DNA of 64,000 nt from Spongospora subterranea f. sp. subterranea (lineage: Eukaryota). Positions 29,175 through 40,198 of this stretch are shown here, piece after piece. The DNA lies in assembly GCA_049724395.1 (NCBI GenBank), contig JAUGWO010000023.1, positions 1-64,000 of the forward strand, given 5' to 3'. The notes below the pieces were generated by a model, which was not told where the DNA came from, ran no database searches, and saw only the letters and a program-made list of their open reading frames with translations. The stretch's first letter is position 1. Every line of letters begins with the position of its first letter. Made by a program: the position numbers and the translations under genes.

Positions 29175-29544
29175 TGTGTCCAGTCAAACTTACATTAAAA
29201 AATAAATGATTCTTGATATAAACGTTGCTGTTCAGTTCAGTTTCCTAGAAGCATCGCGTTTTTCGAAAAGATTATCATGACAAACACTGCAGCTTGGTTG
29301 GTTTGGGTCTATATTTAGCCCCACGTCTCGATGTGTGTGGTTACAGTACACTTCCTTATGTCCCCGGAGGCCGACGCCAAATCCAAATCCATGACCAACA
29401 GTCATCAATCATCATCATTCATTCATTCATTCATTCATCTACTGGTAGTCTACTCACACTTTGCATTGAACCGTACTTGAAACCCAACATTTAGTCGGTA
29501 ATTTAAAGGCTTTACATCTGCAAACTCGTCCAAGTAGTGTCATT

Positions 29545-31381
29545 ATGCTACCATTTGTAATCCTTCTGGTCGTGTGTGCCATTTTCGACATGTCTGTTCA
29601 TGCAGCGGAAATTACACCCCATATAGAATCAGTGATATCATTTTATGACGGCTCTAAGACTATTGAAATTCCTGCTTTCATGTCAAGTTGGACTCCGAAA
29701 TTAAGCGAATCGCTTAAAGGTTTGACGATTTTTTAATCCGCATGGAATATTTTATGAGATAATTGAATGGTATTTTCAGGTGATGTCATTAGCGCTTACC
29801 CTCTAGACGGATGCTCTCCAATAACTTCCACAAATTCAACTGGCAATATCATTGTTATCGATCAAGGTGGATGTTCGTTTGCCGAGAAGATGGGAAATTT
29901 GTCATCGCTGCAGCCATCAGCTGTTATTGTCGTCGGAAAGAAAGATGTGTCTAGCTGGATAGTTATGGGTCCAGCGACGATATCTAACCCTGTTCCAGCT
30001 TTCATGATCTTACATGATCATGAACCTAAACTACGGCCAGCGATAGGTCAACACAATGTTACTATCGGGTATCTGAACTCTGCTATCAGCCATTACGAAA
30101 TCGTCTGACTCTTTTCTAGTCCATATCAAAGAGCTGCCTTCGATTTGTCAGGATTGTTCTTGTTTTCAATGGCTATGGCAATTATGATTGTTTCCTGTTA
30201 TTGGTCCTCGGAAAAAGAGCGACAAGTGGCGAACGGTCAAGTAGTCGAGGAGGATCCTGATCTTCCAGAGGAAGGTGCTTATTGTGATCATGCCTGCAAA
30301 CAATTGTCATAATCTTGCATCTTTCAGAAATTGCCTCCATATCGACTTCTGGAGCGATCATTTTCATATTGGTCGCCTCAGTGACGTTGCTTGCTCTGTA
30401 CTTTGTCATCGATTGGCTTATATATGCCCTTCTTGGGTTGTTCACGATCTCAGGAGTATCTTCATTAGTTGTAGTCTTGGCCAAGCCCGTCAGATTTTGT
30501 CTCCCCAAACTCGACTTTCAAACCACGTAGGTCTAATCCAATCGGTTTGTAATTTCCTCTATAGCTTCTCCAGGATACCAGGTATTGGATCAATTAATAT
30601 GCTGTATACGGCGTTGCTGGCGATGTGCGTTCCTCTTGGAATAGTTTGGCTAGCTTATCGCAAATCTCACTGGGCGTTTATCCTTCAAGACGTGATGGGC
30701 GCTGCTATTTTGATCATGATTCAGCGTGCCACTAGATTACCAAATTCAAAAGTTGCAACTGTTCTTCTAATTAGCTCTTTCTTCTATGATATTTTCTGGG
30801 TCTTCTTATCGCCTTTCATCTTCCGTTCCTCTGTCATGTAAGTCATATGTCATTAAATATTTCTGCTCATGAGATTTGAACATATCTACCCCAGGGTAGC
30901 TGTCGCTACAGGGGGCTCTTCCGGCGAAATCATGCCAATGCTTTTAACATTCCCGAGACTGAACGATATTTTTGGTGGTTGGTTTCTTCATCCTAATGAT
31001 GGCTTTTGCCTTATTGATTTTCCCACCAGGCATGGCATTGATTGGGTTTGGAGACATCGCGTAAGATTGAATGTCTTTTTTGGCGGTATACAATTGACTA
31101 TGATTTTCAGATTACCAGGATTGTACATTGCCTATGTCTTCCGGTTTGACGCTGTGAAACGAACTCACTATTCAACTCTAGCATTGATCGGATATGCGGT
31201 TGGTCTGTGTCTTACCGAAATATCTATGGTGGTGACCAGAATGGCTCAACCTGCTCTACTATTTCTCGTACCATGCACTCTGGGAATAGTATCGCTAGTC
31301 GCATGGTGGAACTGTCGTCTCTCTAGTATGTGGAAGGGACCGAACCAAGAAACTGTAGATTATCAGCCGTTGCAAGCATAA
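29545..31381 (+). CDS. Signal peptide peptidase-like (SPPL2-type) aspartyl intramembrane protease with PA domain
   Basis: It has a signal peptide, a PA domain (DQGGCSFAEK), FYDIFWV, LIGFGDI (~31040-31058) and QPALLFLVP. Confidence 0.93.
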
Positions 31382-31470
31382 TTTGATATAGTCAAATAGC
31401 TGTTTAATAACTAAGAGTTTGTATCCATTTACGAAAATATGATTTATAGAAGTGCAGAAATAGTGCTGAA

Positions 31471-32520
31471 TTATCCAACCTGATCAACAATCGGTATATA
31501 TCCTAACAGTGTACTGTATCCTGCAGATTCCAAATACTCGATTGGCAGCTTCTTCTTTATATGACGTATATAATAGGCGAAGACAACGGAAATAAGAACC
31601 GAAGTGACTACCCAGCCCAAAAAGCGGTGTTCTTGTTTTCCTGCCCCCAGAAAAATAGCTGGAAGAGAAAGCAGGTTCTGAACAAAATCGGCGTCGTTAG
31701 AATGACGATCGCGTGAATATTTTCGTTGAGGACAGTGCGCCGGCTCAACTGAAGCCCAATCAGATATCCGCTCATGACGTGAGAAGGGATATAAAGTAAA
31801 GCCACGAGAACAGATATTAAGAGGGGAATCCAAATTGTGACACTTTCTTGGCTTAGTAAAGCAGATGTGGCCAGTCCCTGATACGTACTGTATCCCAAGC
31901 TGAATGACGTTGCCATGAAAAGTGAATTTCGCAGACGACAAAGCTGCGTCTCCCTGACATGGGCGTCGTCAGATTCTGTCATTTCTACTTTCTTCTTCAT
32001 CATAACATATTTGAAGATTTCTTCGGCTAATCCATTGACGTTAAAACCTGGTTGCAATTATCGGAAGAAATTTACCTGACACCTGAAGCAATAATACGAT
32101 CCAAAGAGTTGTGAATATTGAACTAGTCTGATTGACGACAGGCGCCAATATTAAGAGGAAAATTATCAACAGCAACAGCAGAATCGGGGCGCACGCAAAT
32201 GCTAATCCGAACGATCGAATCGTATCATCTAGCCGAATGCCTTCCACTTGTTCCGATCGATACAGCAGAACTCCGAAAGGAAGAAAGAAAAACGGGAAAG
32301 CAAACGTGAACTTAGAATAAAATAACATGACGAACCCCCATGACAAAACTATCGCTGACAGGACCAAGACAGAAGTTAAACTCAACTTGCGAGTGCCAGT
32401 AGATCCTCGATCGGTTTCAACTGACATGGCATAAGCGCTGTTGATATTGAAGGGATTTTCCAGGTCATGATCGGGATCAGATTTCCCCAATTGCTTGCCA
32501 CGCAAAGGTGAGGAGTCCAT
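31471..32520 (-). CDS. PrsW-family-like multi-TM protein (probable -1 frameshift near 31612)
   Basis: Multiple TMs with GLAEEIFK (EExxK motif) and PSHVMSG. The C-terminus continues in the 31471..31941 frame. Confidence 0.55.
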
Positions 32521-33694
32521 AAAGGGACGGGTTTAGGAATATAAAGACAACTGTTCCCCGGTCAAACCGAACACGGACGGATAGCGTGTTACATAGGGGA
32601 AGTGGTTAAGTCTATCACTACAGCCAGTCCAAGACTCACACCACCAGCCAAAAAGAAAAAAATGGCAAACGTTGTGGCCCTGCAGTATGTACAGTGTACA
32701 ATCATCCCAACTAATAGCGCTGCAGAGTTGCCATGCCTGTGCAATCGATTTGTAAAGCTTGATCGGAGGCCACAAGAGCGGCATATGACGATGAACGCAA
32801 GACGACAGCAAGAGGGTCCGAAGGCGCGCTACACTGAATGAAAACAACAACCGTTGCCTTAATTTGGCGCATACCTCGTTGAGCGTTGCGTTCTTTGCGA
32901 ACGTCGCGGATCACTTTGACGATCCCTTGAAGTTCCCTCTGCAGCGGTATACGGCTAAGGTCGTCGAGGTGGGCACCATAAGATTGGTTAAATATGATTA
33001 TGTGATGCAGCACCTTCCGGATTACGACAAATCTGCGAATGGCAGTCAACGTGCTCATCTGCATCCTATGTAACGCAGAGTTCGGTTGTTCCGCCACCAA
33101 TCAAACCGAATCGAAACCCTACCATAAATCCAGAAGGGACGCGGAGCTCGTGTTGCTGGAGTCAAAACGAGACGCGAACATGCGCGCCACCGTCACGACG
33201 GCATCCCTTGCTGCTGCAATGGCAGCAAATATCATCCGGACGACCCTAGCCGTATACAGTAGTGCAGCAACTGCACGTCGCAGTTACAGATTGATTCAGA
33301 TATTTCCGGGCCGTAATGTTACTCATGCGGAACACCCCATTTGTGTTTGTCATGGATAATTCTGGTTTGAATGTTCCGGCTGTGCCATCAGCGGTTCTTT
33401 GAACGGCCGCAAGGTGACGTTCAAACAGAAAACGGGGGATGGCGGCTACTTCAAATGCAGCCTGGCTCGCCAAAATTCATGCCGCGGTTCTGCCGTTGTT
33501 TTCAGACATAGAAGTATACGGGATTCTTGCCGTCCTTTGGGTAAACCCCTCTATCATTGGGAGGATCTGATCATGATCACTTTGGGTCTGGTCCAATTAC
33601 GCAAAAGTCGACTTTTTGGGCGTCGACTTATTTTCTCCGCGACTGTAAGCGTCGACTTTTTGAAAAAGTAGGTCGCCGACCTACTTTTTCAAAA

Positions 33695-34774
33695 AGTCGA
33701 CGATTTACAGTCATATTCGATGACAAAAATCCGTGAAAAAGTAGATAGAAGTAGACGCAGTAGTCGACGCCGTCGGGGTTACTCCAGCTATTTCTGACTC
33801 CAATGGGCGACACCGAGATGATGAACATCGTCGCCGCCATGACGTGCGTTGCGGCAGCTGTGGCTGCTATTGCTGCGGATGGACGTCGGCACAGGCGCCC
33901 AGCTTCAATGATATATACCATTCGTAATAATACTTGGCAAGGTTGACATTCAATTTCGTTGTTGTCTAGCAGCTTTTATAGGTTTGACAGTTTGTTTTAG
34001 GCGTTGAAGCCTGCTCGAATGACGGATGGTACCGCAGAAATCTTCGCGTATCCAGGGCAACATTCAACTGGATCGTAGATCAATTGACCGAATACTCGGA
34101 CAACAATGGAATTGCTTTGCCTGGCGATAATGCCTATGTCGATATGCGCACGAGGATTGCTTTGACGTTGTCGTACCTATCGCAAGAGGATGGTTTCATC
34201 AAATCCGCTGCTTTGTTCGGCATCGCGAAATCAACTGCGATTAGAAACGTTAATTCGTGCTTGGACGTTCTGAAACCATCCTCTTGCGATAGGTACGACA
34301 ACGTCAAAGCAATCCTCGTGCGCATATCGACATAGGCATTATCGCCAGGCAAAGCAATTCCATTGTTGTCCGAGTATTCGGTCAATTGATCTACGATCCA
34401 GTTGAATGTTGCCCTGGATACGCGAAGATTTCTGCGGTACCATCCGTCATTCGAGCAGGCTTCAACGCCTAAAACAAACTGTCAAACCTATAAAAGCTGC
34501 TAGACAACAACGAAATTGAATGTCAACCTTGCCAAGTATTATTACGAATGGTATATATCATTGAAGCTGGGCGCCTGTGCCGACGTCCATCCGCAGCAAT
34601 AGCAGCCACAGCTGCCGCAACGCACGTCATGGCGGCGACGATGTTCATCATCTCGGTGTCGCCCATTGGAGTCAGAAATAGCTGGAGTAACCCCGACGGC
34701 GTCGACTACTGCGTCTACTTCTATCTACTTTTTCACGGATTTTTGTCATCGAATATGACTGTAATTCGTCGACT
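33695..34774. repeat. Near-perfect inverted repeat: arms 33695-34198 and 34271-34774, 72-bp spacer
   Basis: Mirror ORF pairs 33628..33921/34548..34937 and 34084..34335/34134..34385; matching positions sum to 68469. Confidence 0.97.
33818..34270 (+). pseudogene. PIF/Harbinger transposase 5' fragment (HTH region)
   Basis: DMRTRIALTLSYLSQEDGFIKSAALFGIAKSTAIRNVNSCLDVL resembles the HARBI1/DDE_Tnp_4-associated HTH. It is truncated at the fold-back point. Confidence 0.65.
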
Positions 34775-34775
34775 C

Positions 34776-35354
34776 ACCTCCTATAAGTGGTTTGAGGCCA
34801 ATGAGAATGTGAATCTGTCTGATCTTGATCCCTCATTCCTCAAATCACAGCCCTATTTGCACTTATCATTCTTATACACCTCCAGATTCGATCAGGTCTT
34901 GCGAATCGCTATCATAATTCAAAGTTTTCGAAATTAATTATCGACAATTCACCAGTATTTACCTAATCCTGCTATTGGAGATTGAAAAATATGGTCCTGG
35001 TTTCAGAAAATTCCCACTGGTACTCGTTCATTATCATTGCAATGGCAAACATCAATTAATTGGGCGAAAATCTCACATTTCAATCTAAGATTTCGCCTGT
35101 GTGATAGTGTAACCCTATCAGGTGTTCATAATATTAATACTGTATTGGTTCTGCCACCGATCAACACTTAAACCCCTTTGGATTATCGATAATACTTTTC
35201 GTCGATGGAGTTTATCGTAAAAATTAATATATTGGATGTTTCGGTGATTTTGATGACATCTGTGATCGATCTATATCCCAACAGCGAATACGCTGGCGAT
35301 ACAGTACATAGTCCTATTTAAGGAATCCCTTGATCGGTCTTTAGGCCAAAGTAT
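34776..35354 (+). pseudogene. Truncated duplicate of the FBA-domain gene and its 3' flank (paralog of 59807-60412)
   Basis: NLSDLDPSFLKSQPYLHLSFLYTSRFDQ matches DLSDLDPLFLDSQPCLHLSFLFTSRNDQ. It has a premature stop and has lost GKDRQFWAG. Confidence 0.85.
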
Positions 35355-36227
35355 AGTCTGTAATCCTGTGATATAGGGAATCGCCCCTGCTCAGCATAAT
35401 AATGGTGAACAATCCCATCGGATTTTACCGTCATTAACGCTATCCCAATAACAGGATAACCCTGAATGAATCGCCGCTCCATTTCTCTGCATAATCACAC
35501 AAGTTACTGTTGGGATCGGTCAGAATTGTATCTGAATTCGTGGGCAAATTCGTTTCAACACTTTCTCACCAATGTATTTGAACGGTTTCCTAAGACTGAC
35601 TAGTTTCTGGGTTAATGTCTCACATATCTCTGAGGTCCATCTCGGGACCATTTTTTCATCATAATTCTTCTGGTTCAGCACTCCATCCAATGTCTAATCC
35701 CCAAATATTATCTCAGAAAAAACAACTGACATTAGAGCGGGTTGACCTCATTGATGATTTTCCCCACTTCGTCTTCAGAGAAGGCAAGCTAAGTGAGAAA
35801 TGGTGAGCGATTTGAATAGCCATGTGAGGCAATACGCCACGATTAACTCGAACCTGCTCAGACTTGTTGAGATCATCCATTTCGGGGGTCAGGCGATGGT
35901 TTATACAGGTATGGAGAATGTCCAGCACCAAGATCAAGGAGAAATATATGGCCAAGGGAGCTTGACCCAGCTGCCCTTTACAGACCCTCGATGATAAACG
36001 GCAATTTGTCAGTTTCATTCCTTAATTCAGTTTCATTTACAAGTACGATCATCTCCGCTGATTGGTGATGTTTTGTACACAATGGAATGTATGAAGCTCT
36101 CGGCTGACCCAGAGGTGCTTTGATCTCTTTTAAATGCAGACACAACAAGGAACATCAGGCACCTTCTGTTCACACATTTAGCAACTCTTCGCACAACGCT
36201 GAATTAGTGTATCATTTTTGTCGAAGT

Positions 36228-37272
36228 TTATCTTGGGGGCATTAGTCGTAAAATTACGCCATGTAAAATTGAGCGTGAGTCTTCGGCCACTTCAGGGCGC
36301 AAATCGATTCTGTGGCACAAACAAGATGGAGCCACAGTATCTATGTCAATCGGACGAGCATAAGAGAATCCAAACAGCAGCGTTCTGATTCGACATGCAT
36401 GCAGAATAGCTGATGACCCTTTTGGAGATGGGCCTATACCAACATCTGGATGGTTCCGAACACATATAATGATGTCACGAATATATTGTTGCAATGAATT
36501 TGATACATAAATATGTGATGTGTCGACTGTACGAAGAAGCCTGACATGGTTAGTGAACAGACGGTCGAAATCTTTGGTTATCGGAGATGGAATATTTTAG
36601 CGATGATTCAACTGATTTGAAATGGTGAACATCTAACACTAACTCCAGGGTAAAACGATCGCGAAGGTTTCTGCAAAATGAGAGAGCAGGGTTGAACCCT
36701 GCTCCATCTGTATAGGTCGCGATGACGGTGAAATCGGGCGCGAGATCTTTGCGGTGACCTTTTTTGACACAGATAACTTTCATTCGCATAGCTTCAAGAA
36801 CTAGAGCACGAGTTTTGTTTGGCGCCAGATGCAAGTCTTCGCAGATAAACAAACTGGAAAATATTGGTCCCTCCAGGCAATTCTTTTGTGGCGTGATTAA
36901 TTCCTCAGGGTTGGTTTTGTCGGAAAATTTCAAATAACTGCATGGATAGAACACTGTCCTTACAGTTTCAGCAAGCAAAGGCGCTGGTTTCCGAAAATCA
37001 AGTTTTATATTGTTGGGAAACCTAACCAGCAAGTGATTTTGGGAGCCAATTAAGCTTGTTAAAAGTGCATGGACGAAGGGAATGGAAAATTGCTTCAGTA
37101 TAGCTGATCCTGGGGGAGACAACCAGAAGTTGGCAAGCGATTCAGTAGACTGTTGTTGGGACGAGGGTTCGCCATAAGACGGACGCCTATGCGATGCCCA
37201 ACGGAGACCATGCGGCTCCTTTCCGAGCCTTCTCGGCGATGTCGGTGCTTCGCTATTCAGACGGCGTTGCAT
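36228..37272 (-). CDS. Degenerate MoxR/Mg-chelatase-like AAA+ protein
   Basis: EDLHLAPNKTRALVLEAM (cf. DEINRA.PKTQSALLEAM), FTVIAT, LRDRF and the lid GPSPKG..DIDTVAPSCLCHRI are present. One intron lies near 36540-36590. Confidence 0.72.
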
Positions 37273-37338
37273 CTCGATTCCTCAAGAACCGGTACACCAG
37301 GAATTACATATCATTGAAACATACCGTATCAGATTGTC

Positions 37339-39650
37339 CATTGTTGATAACGGGGTCGCGTCTTAACACACATTACTGAATGAAGGTTGCGCCCTTCTCC
37401 TGATGTTTCATGTCTCTCTCCCCCTTCCTTCTACTGTACCGAAGGACTGCACATTGTTGATAACGGGGTCGCGTCTTAACACACATTACTGAATGAAGGT
37501 TGCGCCCTTCTCCTGATGTTTCATGTCTCTCTCCCCCTTCCTTCTACTGTACCGATGGACTGCACATTGCTGATAACGGGGTCGCGTCTTAACACACATT
37601 ACTGAATGAAGGTTGCGCCCTTCTCCTGATGTTTCATGTCTCTCTCCCCCTTCCTTCTACTGTACCGATGGACTGCACATTGCTGATAACGGGGTCGCGT
37701 CTTAACACACATTACTGAATGAAGGTTGCGCCCTTCTCCTGATGTTTCATGTCTCTCTCCCCCTTCCTTCTACTGTACCGATGGACTGCACATTGTTGAT
37801 AACGGGGTCGCGTCTTAACACACATTACTGAATGAAGGTTGCGCCCTTCTCCTGATGTTTCATGTCTTCTCTCCCCCTTCCTTCTACTGTACCGATGGAC
37901 TGCACATTGTTGATAACGGGGTCGCGTCTTAACACACATTACTGAATGAAGGTTGCGCCCTTCTCCTGATGTTTCATGTCTCTCTCCCCCTTCCTTCTAC
38001 TGTACCGATGAACTGCACATTGCTGATAACGGGGTCGCGTCTTAACACACATTACTGAATGAAGGTTGCGCCCTTCTCCTGATGTTTCATGTCTCTCTCC
38101 CCCTTCCTTCTACTGTACCGATGAACTGCACATTGCTGATAACGGGGTCGCGTCTTAACACACATTACTGAATGAAGGTTGCGCCCTTCTCCTGATGTTT
38201 CATGTCTCTCTCCCCCTTCCTTCTACTGTACCGATGAACTGCACATTGCTGATAACGGGGTCGCGTCTTAACACACATTACTGAATGAAGGTTGCGCCCT
38301 TCTCCTGATGTTTCATGTCTCTCTCCCCCTTCCTTCTACTGTACCGATGGACTGCACATTGTTGATAACGGGGTCGCGTCTTAACACACATTACTGAATG
38401 AAGGTTGCGCCCTTCTCCTGATGTTTCATGTCTCTCTCCCCCTTCCTTCTACTGTACCGATGGACTGCACATTGTTGATAACGGGGTCGCGTCTTAACAC
38501 ACATTACTGAATGAAGGTTGCGCCCTTCTCCTGATGTATTCATGTCTCTCTCCCCCTTCCTTCTACTGTACCGATGGACTGCACATTGTTGATAACGGGG
38601 TCGCGTCTTAACACACATTACTGAATGAAGGTTGCGCCCTTCTCCTGATGTTTCATGTCTCTCCCCCTTCCTTCTACTGTACCGATGAACTGCACATTCT
38701 GATAACGGGGTCGCGTCTTACATTACTGAATGAAGGTTGCGCCCTTCTCCTGATGTTTCATGTCTCTCTCCCCCTTCCTTCTATGGACTGCACATTGCTG
38801 ATAACGGGGTCGCGTCTTAACACACATTACTGAATGAAGGTTGCGCCCTTCTCCTGATGTTTCATGTCTCTCTCCCCCTTCCTTCTACTGTACCGATGAA
38901 CTGCACATTGCTGATAACGGGGTCGCGTCTTAACACACATTACTGAATGAAGGTTGCGCCCTTCTCCTGATGTTTCATGTCTCTCTCCCCCTTCCTTCTA
39001 CTGTACCGATGAACTGCACATTGCTGATAACGGGGTCGCGTCTTAACACACATTACTGAATGAAGGTTGCGCCCTTCTCCTGATGTTTCATGTCTCTCTC
39101 CCCCTTCCTTCTACTGTACCGATGAACTGCACATTGCTGATAACGGGGTCGCGTCTTAACACACATTACTGAATGAAGGTTGCGCCCTTCTCCTGATGTT
39201 TCATGTCTCTCTCCCCCTTCCTTCTACTGTACCGATGGACTGCACATTGTTGATAACGGGGTCGCGTCTTAACACACATTACTGAATGAAGGTTGCGCCC
39301 TTCTCCTGATGTTTCATGTCTCTCTCCCCCTTCCTTCTACTGTACCGATGAACTGCACATTGCTGATAACGGGGTCGCGTCTTAACACACATTACTGAAT
39401 GAAGGTTGCGCCCTTCTCCTGATGTTTCATGTCTCTCTCCCCCTTCCTTCTACTGTACCGATGAACTGCACATTGCTGATAACGGGGTCGCGTCTTAACA
39501 CACATTACTGAATGAAGGTTGCGCCCTTCTCCTGATGTTTCATGTCTCTCTCCCCCTTCCTTCTACTGTACCGATGAACTGCACATTGCTGATAACGGGG
39601 TCGCGTCTTGACACACATTACTGAATAAGGTTGCCACCTTTGCTGATGTT
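37339..39650. repeat. 113-bp tandem repeat array, ~20.5 copies
   Basis: The marker GATAACGGGGTCGCGTC recurs at 37346, 37459, 37572 ... 39591 (21 times), and the last unit decays. Confidence 0.98.
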
Positions 39651-39679
39651 TACCTCCTCCTTTCCGTCTATCTGGGACG

Positions 39680-39814
39680 GTGGCAGACGACTGCATTGAA
39701 GATTAAAGTATCCCCCATGCTCAGGCATGGCAATTTTATTTATTTTGATTTCAAATTTATATCACCATCCCTGAGCATGGGGATACTTCGATCTTCAATG
39801 CAGCCATCTGCCAC
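39680..39814. other. Long hairpin (arms 39680-39730 / 39765-39814, AT-rich loop)
   Basis: GTGGCAGACGACTGCATTGAAGATTAAAGTATCCCCCATGCTCAGGCATGG pairs with CCATCCCTGAGCATGGGGATACTTCGATCTTCAATGCAGCCATCTGCCAC. Confidence 0.85.
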
Positions 39815-40198
39815 AGCGCAGCTACAGTTGAGCTTCGGGATTATTGAACTCAACTGAAAAATCCATCATGATCATGAGTAAAAAAAGCGAAGTCGGTGTC
39901 GTTTTTGGAGGTCATCGCTGGCCTATTTATCGTGGTGATCTGATGCAAGTAGACTCATGACCGGTCATGTAGCTGGGTATCAATGAAATGTCGATCAGGG
40001 TCCACAATCAGGTCGGGGCTCAGTCTCCAATCATTCTCAGTCAAACTAAGGCAAAACCAGAATTAATCCTTGAATTAGTGTTCTTTTGAACTCGGATGTT
40101 CTCACAGGGTCACCAATCTCACATTCTGACCGACCTTTCAATTGACAATCCTTTAATCTGGGTCGGTTTGTCTCTAATTATTAATATTGGTTTATGCT

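Noticed and set aside
32860..33520. Zinc-finger-like transposon fragments (ICILCNAEFG; YFKCSLARQNSC)
   Set aside because: They suggest hAT/MULE zinc fingers but are too short and broken to assign.
37339..39650. CRISPR array, or 5S rRNA/tRNA/snRNA/spliced-leader cluster
   Set aside because: There are no unique spacers and no cas genes, the context is eukaryotic, and I could not recognise 5S, tRNA, U-snRNA or Sm-site motifs in the unit.
37712..39696. ORFs within the 113-bp array (MCVKTRPRYQQ...)
   Set aside because: The unit length is not a multiple of 3 and stops recur. The longer ORFs arise only from single-base indels.
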